Shown in pieces: positions 54,400-64,000 of a stretch of 64,000 nt of DNA (its first letter is position 1; each line of letters begins with the position of its first letter). This DNA comes from Dictyostelium discoideum (lineage: Eukaryota). The stretch spans positions 6,560,001 through 6,624,000 of the forward strand of contig CM000151.3 in NCBI GenBank assembly GCA_000004695.1, given 5' to 3'. Made by a program: the position numbers and the translations under genes. The notes beneath the pieces were generated by a model. The model was not told the DNA's origin. It did not search any database and saw only the letters and a program-made list of their open reading frames with translations.

Positions 54400-57300
54400 T
54401 TATTTGAAAGATAATTTTTTCATTCTGAATTTTTTAGCTCTATTAATATTAATTCTTAGTGTGGTTGATTTTTTATAGACAATTGAAATCACTATAATTA
54501 AAATTAAAATAAACCCTGCTGTTGAACCAATTATTATACCAATTAATTGAGTCTTTGTCAAACCAGATTGATTTTTATTGCAAGTGGAATTTTCTATTTT
54601 TGAGGATTCTAAAAGAACTGAAAAATTAGGATCGAGCTCAACACTGGTTTTATAATTTGGAATTTGAATTGAAATGTATTGTGAGGAGGAACTACCATTT
54701 GAAGTGGAGTTAATATTATTTCCTCTTACTTTATTTAAAACACCGACAATGTGAGTATCAACAATTGCTCGTTTAATAAACTCTCCATAGAGACTAACAT
54801 CATTGATTTGAATTTTAAGATATTGAGAAGATAGTTGAGAAGATGAATCACCAAATTCACTACTAAAACATGCATCATCTATTTTCTCTGTTTCTATAGA
54901 TGTATACATTACTAAATCTAATGTATTTAAATTACTTTTGAATTGGTAATCTGAGAGTGAAATAAAATACTTGATTGAAGATGGTTGAATTGTTATATTT
55001 TCACCAGCAAATTGTATAGTAGTTAATTGTTTATACATTTTTATTGAAACAGTTATATTTGTTCTCTTTGAAAGATCATTCTTATTTTTTATACTTGTAA
55101 AGTATGTATGATTATCATTGTTGTAATATTGGTAGTTCCACATTTCAAAAATATAATCATTTTCAACTTTTCCATCAAAACCCAATTCTCTAAGAGAGTA
55201 AATTGAAACTAAAGTTGAGAATTTATTTCCAGAATTTTCATGTTGATAGGGAGTGATAACTTCAGGTTGAGAATTATTTACAATTGGATCAATATCAACA
55301 ATAACTTTTGATGAACAATCTATACCAATGTATGGAGAAATACAAATACAACCCAAATTTGAACATTGACCTTGGGCTATACCACCACAATCATTCTTAC
55401 ATTGTGACGGTGAATTTGTTGGTAGAGGTGTTGGGTTCGCTGTTAAAGAAGGCGTAGCTGTAGGGTTTGAAGTTGGATGAGGTGTTGTAGTTGGTGGCAT
55501 GGTAACATTTGTATGTGCTTTAAGAACAAAATTAATTTCATTTGAAGAAAAACCTAATTGATTTGTAATATATATTTGACAATTGGTATCATTAATGTTT
55601 CTATACTGTTTTAAGTCAAAGACTATGTATGTGTTGTTTAAAAATGGTAGAGATATATTTAGATTTTCAATTGCCCCATTAATTCTTAATTTTCCAGTTG
55701 GTAATATACCAAATTTTAATCCATTTACAGTTAATAAATCACCATCAATATCCATAACAAAACTTTCAATGAATGGTTGACTTTGGCCAATAGTAACATT
55801 TATAAATGAATTACCTCTATTGTATTGATTGATAATATCGGGTGTTGCACCCAAAACATTAAATTTATTATCGTAAATTCCATGAATTTGAGTTAAAAAG
55901 CCATTGGGGTATCCAAAAAGGTAAGGGAGAGTAATATTAACACCAAATATAGCATTTTCAAAAAAACCTAATCCTGAACTAGTACCTGATATATATGAAG
56001 TTTGTTTTGAAATGATTTCAACATTATCGTTAATGAAATAAATTGTTGGTGGTTCTTCAATATAAATTCCAGATTCGCCATCATAAACTGTAAAATTAAT
56101 TTCAAGTGTCCTATCAAGGTAGTTTTCAATATTCAATTGGTTTACATGATATACCTGCATGTATGGCGGTGTGACATCAGTTGGAGTTTCCCCGCTAGTT
56201 TGAATTGAAAAAGATGGGTAAAGTTCCACCAATAACATAAGAGGGTTAACTTTGGTTGGGTTTGGGAATTCTGTAATATAACCATTTGAATCAATTGCCG
56301 ATAGTTCTGATATTGAAAATGTTTGAGGGATATCACCATATTTTATTTCCCATGTAAATTGTATCCATTTTCCCAATGATGGCTCAGTGAATGTAAAATT
56401 TTTAAACATTTGTTTATATGTTTTATCAGAGGTAACAGTGATATTAACTTGAGAAATACCATTTAAATAATCACCAAATAAAATTTGAAAACCAATTGTG
56501 TTTGGTGGTTCATTAATTGATGGAATGGTGGTATTTCCTATAGTGTTATATGATAATGCAATTGGTCCCATAATATCAGCTATTTGACTGTACACATTAA
56601 GCTCAGAGGGGCTACCAAAATATTGATACAAGATTGAGCTATCAATTTCTAATGGATTTAAAATATATGAAATTGGTCCAGTTGGTAAACGTGCAGGTAA
56701 ATCAAAAGAAACTTCATAAATAGACGATGCTGAATTCCATTTACTTTTAAAAAATCTAGGAGTACCAGATATTTTGTTATTTGGTTCATATGTATCAATT
56801 CCAAGTTTTGGAATAAATTGAAATACTAAATTTGAAATACTTTGATCTTTCAATTTAATATACAATACATTTGATGAATTTGAATTTGATAAATCTATAT
56901 TATTATTTCTAAAACCAATACTTTCAATATCTTCAAGTGTTAAAACTTGATAAGGGAATGAACCTAAATATCTTTTTCCCGAATAAAAATTATTTGGATA
57001 AAGTTTAACTAAATTGTTTGCATAATCATTCATCTCTATGAAATAATTTCTTCTAATTGAATATTTTGGAATTGAAATTTGATATATTCCTTTGAAACAA
57101 TCTCCTTCAATTAAATTCCTATTTGTTATTCTGAAAATTGATTGAACTTTTGATGGCTCATATGCTCCAATAAATGAAATTGCTATACTTTGAATACATG
57201 AACCACCTTCATCACTTGCACTAATTCTAACGATACAGTCATCTGATACGCTGTCAAAATATTCGATATTTTCAAATACTGGGGGTATTGATTCTTTAAA

Positions 57301-58840
57301 TGATGCAATACCACTAATACCACCCACTAAAATTGGTGAAGGATATTTAATAAAATAAAATTGTAATGTAATTTCTAAAGCAATTGATTTTTGATAAGGA
57401 GATGATGGTACCCATAAAGTATTTGTTGCACCACCCTGTGCATTAATTGTATTGATAAAGTATGGATATTTAAAGTGTGATAGTGTGTTGAATCCATTAT
57501 CAATAAAAATATCCCCATAATTAACTGTTGTTGGTATAACAAATTTTGAAAAACTTATAAAAATAGAATTTTGAATTTGAGTTCCAAAATAAGATTGTTG
57601 AATCACAGGAAGATTAACACCAGTTGGACCAAAATAACTAATATTTCTACTAAAAATTGTTGAAAATCCTAAAGTTGAATCAAATGAACTAATTGGATAT
57701 ATATAACTTCCTTGTCTTTCCGCTATATTTTTAATGGTAAATAACCAATGCCCATAACTTTTATTACCATAAACCAACTCTGGTAGATTACTATTACTAT
57801 CCATGTTCATTAGAAAATAAATACCAGGGCGTTGAAAATCAGCTTGAACAACAAAAAGTAAAGAACATTGATCATATACTAAAGATGAACAATTATTATC
57901 ATGTTGTAAAGGAGCAATTGTTGGATTCTTGAAATAGGTACCTAATTTTTAAAAATTAATAAATTACTATTTTAATTTTATATATTTTAAAAAAAAAAAA
58001 AAAGTAATATAAACAACATACTATTTAAAAAAGATGTTAAATATAATTTGGTAGATGTTGAGACAGAACCAAAAATAGTATCAATAGATAGTTGGGAAAT
58101 TACTGATGCTGAACGCTTTATCACTGGTTTAAATATTGTATAGTTTTTACTAACATCTGTATAAAATATTGAATCATCATAGTAACCTTGAGTGAATGTA
58201 TTTGAAATAAAATTATTTTCTAGTCCTGGTACTGACAAATATTGTTCTAATCCAATATTATGAACTAAAATACCATATCTCCCTTTATATTGTTTATCTA
58301 TAAATAATTTTTGTCCAACCAACTCTCTTTCAATATTTACTGGTCTTTCTTTAATTAAAAACAAAAAAAAAAAAAAAAAATTAATATTAAAATACTTTTT
58401 AAATTATAAAATAATAGTTTTTAAAATGAAAAAAACATACCTTTACAAGTTAAAGTAAAAAAATCATCAAATTGGATAGTTGTTGAATTATCCAAAGTAA
58501 GTAATAGATTAAATTTTTGATTTTCTCCAATTTGTACAGTATTTATAACTTTTAACCAAAAAATATTTTCATCTAACTTGATTAAATCTATTGATTCATT
58601 TAATGATACTAATGATAGTTTTTCAAATTGAATATATGATGTTTTATTGCAAACTCCACCTATTGAATATTGATCATTATATAAAGTTACTAAATCATCA
58701 AATGAATCTGTAATATCTATCACTGAAAAATCACCATTACCAACTTTAATCGATTTAATACCTGTTGTTTTTAAAAAAATAGCAATTAATAAAAAAGCTT
58801 TATTCTTAGTCACTTTTTTTTTTTTTTGTCTAATTACCAT
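54400..58840 (-). CDS. Large type I membrane glycoprotein of about 1422 aa in 3 exons: join(58441..58840, 58022..58348, 54400..57941). It has an N-terminal signal or signal-anchor, a single membrane-proximal EGF-like module, a C-terminal TM helix and a short basic tail.
   Basis: The N-terminus is MVIRQKKKKVTKNKAFLLIAIFLKTTG... The donor G|gtatgt joins aattaaag|AA (phase 1), and A|gtatgt joins aaattag|GT (phase 1). There are many N-x-S/T sequons. Near the C-terminus there is a Cys-rich EGF-like module CKNDCGGIAQGQCSNLGCICISPYIGIDC. About 280 aa later comes the TM helix LIGIIIGSTAGFILILIIVISIVY and the tail KKSTTLRININRAKKFRMKKLSFK. I recognise no other domain. It resembles Dictyostelium-specific cell-surface adhesion or recognition proteins. 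Confidence 0.7.
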
Positions 58841-59394
58841 TAATTAAACTTAATAATATTGACACAAAAATATATAAATGAATATTTCTATTCATTATAT
58901 CTTTTTCTGGTATTAAATTTAATACCTGTGGTTATGAAAAAAAAAAAACAAGACAAATAAAAAAATCTTTTTTCTAATCATTTTTTTTTTTTTTTTCGAT
59001 AAGTAAAAAAAGCTTTTCAAAAAAATTAAATAAATATCTAAAAAGATATTTTTAGTTTTTTTTTTTGAAGGTGTAAATTTTATTATTAAGAAATTAGTTT
59101 TAAAAAAAAACTCATAAATAATTAAAACTTTAGTTTTTTTTTTTTTTTTTTTTTTAATTGTTTATTTACTTTTATTTACGTTTGGTTTTAAATTTTACAT
59201 ATGGATATTTTTTTTTTTATATCTCTAAAAAATGGTATTTGTTTTTTTTGTTTTTTTTTTTTTGTTTTTTTTTTTTTTTTTTTTTTTTTATAAAAAAATG
59301 AACTAAGGTGATAATGATTAAATTAAATTAATATTTTAATGAACAGGTTGCTATATATTTTTTTTTTAAAAAAAAAAAAAATAATTAAAATTAA

Positions 59395-59466
59395 TTATTA
59401 TTATTTGTTATTATTATTATTTGTTATTATTATTATTTGTTATTATTATTATTTGTTATTATTATT

Positions 59467-59560
<94 letters not shown>

Positions 59561-59565
59561 TTTCT
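59395..59565. repeat. Compound microsatellite, (ATTATTATTTGTT)n followed by (ATT)n, lying between the gpaB 3' end and the 5' end of the glycoprotein gene.
   Basis: A 13-mer ttattatttgtta is repeated about 5 times. It is followed by a pure (ATT) run of about 100 bp. Confidence 0.8.
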
Positions 59566-59602
59566 TTTTGAAAATTGTTTTTTTTTTATTATTATAATTA
59601 TT

Positions 59603-60779
59603 TTAAGAATATAAACCAGCTTTCATAACACATTGAGTGAAAATAATATCTTTTACAGCTTCAAAAACGACACGAATATTATTTGTATCGGTGGCACAAG
59701 TGATATGAGAATAGATTGCTTTTTGTTCGGTTTTATTGATTTGCCAGAAACGTTCTTTGATATAGTTTGAGGCTCTTTCGTAATCTCTACCACCTTTATA
59801 TTCTGGGAAAGTTTCAGAGAGATCAACATGTTTGATTTTCTCTCTGAATAAATCAGATTTGTTTAAGAATAAAATGATTGGAGTATTTACAAACCAACTA
59901 TTGCAAACATCACTGAATACACGTAAACTTTCCAACATACGATTGGTTGAATTATCTTCATACAATAATAAATCATATTCGGACAAGGCAACACAAAATA
60001 CAACTGCTGTAACATCATCGAAACATGATAACCATTTCTTTCTTTCAGAACGTTGACCACCAACATCTACTAATCTAAATTTGATTTTACCAATTTCAAA
60101 GTTTGTTTCATGAACACCTCTTGTCATAACACGAGTATGTAAAATATCTTGATCAGTTGGAATATAAACTGGTGATGTCATACGATCTATACTATCAAAG
60201 AAATATGGAGCTGAATCTGGTAATGTACTAAATTCATTTGCTCTTCTCATTGCCTGTTTGACACCTGGGTCTGTCCATAAGGCTTTTATCTTTTTACCTT
60301 GATCTTCATTTAATTCTCCCCAACAATCTGTAACAATTGATGCTTGTAATGATGTTAATTCTTTAATCATAACTGCTGCGTCCTAAAAAAATAAAAAATA
60401 ATAAAAAATAAATAAATAATAATATGTTAATATATGTACATTTTTATTTTTATTTTTTATTATTTTTTTTTTTTTTTTTACTTACTGAATTACTTGGGTC
60501 AATTGTCATTCCAAGTCTTCCCATTCCATCCAATAATACTCTCATATTATCAAGAATATTTCTTGTAATAATTGGTTTAAATTCTTTTCTTTCTTCATTA
60601 CTGTAACCACTTTGATGAATAATTTTCATTTGTTTTGAAATTGTTGATTTACCAGATTCACCAGCACCAAGTAATAATAATTTAACTTCATTATGTTTCT
60701 TTTTTCTTTCTTTTTCAATAGATAAATTAATATCAGTATTGGTTTTTTCTCCTTCCATTGATGATGCACAAATACCCAT
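59603..60779 (-). CDS. gpaB: Heterotrimeric G-protein alpha subunit 2 of 357 aa in 2 exons: join(60486..60779, 59603..60382).
   Basis: Exon 1 encodes MGICASSMEGEKTNTDINLSIEKERKKKHNEVKLLLLGAGESGKSTISKQMKIIHQSGYSNEERKEFKPIITRNILDNMRVLLDGMGRLGMTIDPSNS. The junction is TCA|gtaagt and ttttag, phase 0. Exon 2 encodes DAAVMIKELTSLQA...RLVDVGGQRSERKKWLSCFDDVTAVVFCVALSEYD...ILFLNKSDLF...CATDTNNIRVVFEAVKDIIFTQCVMKAGLYS*. All G-alpha boxes are present: G1 GAGESGKST, G3 DVGGQR, G4 NKSD and G5 TCATDT. The N-terminal sequence and the 357-aa length match Dictyostelium G-alpha2 as I remember it. Confidence 0.9.
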
Positions 60780-60829
60780 TTTTTAAGTTTTTTTTCTTTA
60801 TTTTATATAATTATATATATATATATAGT

Positions 60830-60908
60830 TTTATAAATAAATATTAAGTGTGTGTGTTAAGTTATTAATGATACAAGTTTTGTTTAATGTGTGGTTTGGG
60901 TGCGGTTT

Positions 60909-60952
<44 letters not shown>

Positions 60953-62439
60953 TTATTTTCCGATTTAAAAAATATATTTTAAAATTTTAAAAATAAAAAT
61001 TATATTATTTGATATATGTATAAAAAAAAAAAATTAAATAAAATAAGGATACTGTTGAAAACAAAAACAAATGTTGTGTAATTGGATAGTGTTTATGTGT
61101 TTACTACTACTATTACAAACAAATTATAAAATAAATATATGTATATTATGGTGTTTAGAGTGGTTAATTATAAATTTAGATTGAAAAATTCAATTTAAAA
61201 ATAAAAAAAAGTTAAAAATAAAAAAAAAAAAATAAAAATAAAAATTTTAAAATAATAAAAAATTTAAAAAAAGATATTGTAAAGTGGTAAGTGTGTGTGT
61301 GTGTGGGTTGGTGTTATAAAAATTGATGTGTGGGGGTGTGCTTGATTATGTAGGGTTTTTTTTTTTTTTTTTTTTTTTTGAAATAAAAAGACTAAAAATA
61401 CGACGATATAATATTGATTGATAGAAATGTAGGGTGGGTTTTAAAAAAAAAAATTATATTTTTTTTTTGATTTTTTTTTTTTTGATTTTTTTTTTTTTTT
61501 TTTTTTGTGTAGATATGATTTGAGAATAATAATCAAAATATTAAAAAAAATAAAAATAAAAATAAAAATGAGGGAAGGGGGTGGGGTGGTTAGTACTAAA
61601 TTAAAGTATTTGATAGATATTTTAAAAATAAAAAAAATAAAATATAAAAAATTTTTTTACATACATGATTATGATATTGTTATTGTTTTCTTTTTAAAAT
61701 GAAGCTTTATATATTGAATGTTGCTTGAGAAATCTAAAAAAAAAAAAAGAAATAATTTTAAAAAAAAATAATAATAATTAGCTTTTAAATATTTATAATT
61801 AAAATTAATGAATAAATAAAATAAAATATAAAAAAAAAAAAACAAAAAGAAAAAAAAAAAAAAAGGATTAACCAAAAGGTTTTTTTTTTAAATTTTTTTT
61901 TTCTTTTTTATATTCAATAAAAATCTCGTTTGGTTCATTTATTAATTTTTTTATTTTTTTTATTTTTATTTTTTTTTTTTTTTTTTTACAAAATCACAAT
62001 ATCTTTCGAGATAGAATGATTTTTTTTTTTTTTTTTTTTTTTTTTGTAATTTTGTGTGCAAAAATGGATTGAATGATTGGGATGATGAGAAAAAAAAAAA
62101 AAATGAATGAAAGTGAAAAAAAAAACAAAAAAAAAAAAAGAAAATATGTTAAACAACAGATTATAATAGAGAGAAAGAAAGAAAATATATAAAAAAAAAA
62201 AAAAAAAAAAATTAAAAAAATTAATAAAAAAAAAAAAAAAAGAAAAACTTTACATTATTATACAATGGTAAAATTACAGAAATTTTGAACAAAATAGTTT
62301 TTTTTTTTTTATGGTACAAAAAATTAATTATTAAATAATTATTTTTATAACTACTATTATTATTATATTATTACAATTTTTATTTGTTATTGTTAACTAA
62401 TTATTTTTTGGAATTGATTTGGTTTTTGTGTTTTTGAAA

Positions 62440-62470
<31 letters not shown>

Positions 62471-62571
62471 ATTTTATTTTTTTTTTTTTTATTTTATTAT
62501 TATTATTATTTTTATTTTTTTTATTTTTTTTTTTTTAATTAAATGATAAACTCAAGAGAATGAGAATTTTT

Positions 62572-62605
<34 letters not shown>

Positions 62606-62790
62606 TTTTTTTTTTTTTTGTGTGGTTGGCTATCGTTTATGTTTATTTTTGGAAGAGTGGTGTGTGGGTTTATTTTTTTATTTTTATTTTTTTTGAAAAA
62701 CAGTTAATTTATTGTTGACAAAGTGTAAAAAGTGAGAGAAGAAGCATTAACGGTAATATGTGTGGTTGGGTGTGGGGTGTGTTAAAATTT
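60830..62790 (-). promoter_or_regulatory. gpaB upstream region with five clusters of G/T-rich elements (resembling G-box and CAE developmental promoter elements).
   Basis: The clusters, read on the plus strand, are at 60841..60905 (gtgtgtgttaag...gtgtggtttgggtgcgg), 61288..61345 (gtggtaagtgtgtgtgtgtgtgggttggtg...tgtgggggtgtgc), 61565..61590 (gagggaagggggtggggtggttag), 62625..62660 (gtgtggttggc...gtggtgtgtgggtt) and 62755..62785 (gtgtggttgggtgtggggtgtg). They sit in DNA that is otherwise more than 90% AT. Developmentally regulated Dictyostelium promoters, including the multi-promoter gpaB, use GT/G-rich boxes bound by the G-box binding factor GBF. Confidence 0.35.
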
Positions 62791-63256
62791 AATAAATAAT
62801 ATCATCATACGATAAACAACTTTTGAGATTGGGTTTTTTTAATTTATTTTTATATCCAAATTTTCCCAAAAATAAATTACAAAAAAAAATAACAAAAATG
62901 AAAAATAAAAAGAACACTGAATTGTGTGTCATTATTATTTACATATGCGTGGGAATATATTTAATTAACCACAACCAAACCACTTGTTAATATAAAAAAA
63001 AAATTAAAAAAAATTAAAAAAAATATAAAAATAATAAAAAAAAATAATCTGATATAATGTGATTTTGTTTATCAAAAAAAAGCAGGCGGAATGATTTAAA
63101 AAAAAATTTTTTTTTTCACCCCTACGATATTATATTAAAAGTCGTGTGGGTTAATTGAAGCCTCCAAAATATATATATTTATATATTTATTTTAAATCTT
63201 TTTTTTTTTTTTTCATTTAACAATTTTATAAAAATACATATGATTGTGCTAGTTTA

Positions 63257-63305
<49 letters not shown>

Positions 63306-63366
63306 CAAATGAATTGAAAATGTAATATTTCATTTCTAGTAGTTTTCTTAAGATTGGAGAGAGAAG

Positions 63367-63406
<40 letters not shown>

Positions 63407-63568
63407 AATGAGTGTGATTAAAATAATTACAATTCCAATGGAGCGAAGAAATTTTGATGCTATAAATAATTTATTATTACTATTTATATTACTGTGAGTG
63501 AAAATAAGAGAAAAAAAAAAAAATATTAATGCAATTACTTTTTTTTTTTTATACAAATTTTTTTCAAA

Positions 63569-63605
<37 letters not shown>

Positions 63606-63664
63606 CAAAAAAAAAAAAATGAATACATTATTCCAATCAAAAATGATAAATGATGATGTTTGTT

Positions 63665-63695
<31 letters not shown>

Positions 63696-64000
63696 TTTTT
63701 TTTTTTTTTTTTGATCTCTAAAAGGCACCAAATGTGATGTTTTGAAAGAAAATTGGAAAATGAATAAATTCATAGTTTTTTTTATTTATTTTTTTTTTTT
63801 TTTGAATTGTCAACTAATTTTCAACAACACATATTTTTAAACAAAAATGATTGGTTGATTGTGAAACCAAAATAGTTTGGCGTGTGTAAAATGAAAAATG
63901 AATAAAAAAAAAAGTTTTGCGATCATTTGATATCAAATTTAATTAAAAAAAAAACAAAAAATAAAAAAATAAAAAACGGTGTGGGCTAATTTCGAAAAGA

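Overview
The window is eukaryotic nuclear DNA with the hallmarks of Dictyostelium discoideum. It is about 78% AT, has huge homopolymer and (AAT)n tracts, short AT-rich introns with GTAAGT/GTATGT donors and AG acceptors, and poly-Asn/poly-Gln coding repeats. I found no prokaryotic features (no CRISPR arrays, operons or Shine-Dalgarno sites).

I reconstructed 19 protein-coding genes by splicing the six-frame ORFs by eye, plus one tRNA and one full-length retrotransposon. The genes I recognise with confidence are:
- sgcA, the soluble guanylyl cyclase, whose four-exon model totals 2843 codons.
- gpaB, the G-protein alpha-2 subunit, at 357 aa.
- An Argonaute/Piwi protein whose N-terminus carries an RG-repeat array.
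- A tRNA-Ser(AGA) with an intact tRNA-targeted non-LTR retrotransposon of TRE3 type about 50 bp downstream, with both ORFs open and a poly(A) tail of about 63 nt.

The remaining genes are:
- An expansin-like protein.
- A UTP13/TBL3 WD40 protein.
- An aldehyde dehydrogenase.
- An acyl-CoA synthetase.
- A TVP23 Golgi protein.
- A Nudix hydrolase.
- A 2OG-Fe(II) oxygenase.
- A PH-domain protein.
- Two large cell-surface glycoproteins with EGF and IPT modules.
- Two low-complexity proteins, one of them prion-like.
- Three short or partial hypothetical ORFs: a small two-TM protein, a 163-aa Asn-rich ORF, and the partial N-terminal part of a Ser/Asn-rich protein at the window edge.

The main curiosities are:
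- The exact-length sgcA model, which includes a 1.15-kb intron (long for this genome) carrying G-rich islands.
- The RG-repeat N-terminus of the Argonaute gene, which sits 2.3 kb from an intact retrotransposon.
- Related GC-rich palindromes and a roughly 46-bp inverted repeat next to the tRNA.
- Two candidate 6-nt ATGATG first micro-exons.
- A GC-richer island that may be a non-coding RNA.
- Clustered G/T-rich elements (resembling G-box/CAE developmental promoter elements) upstream of gpaB.

All coordinates come from manual reading; exon boundaries are inferences and could be off by a few nt.
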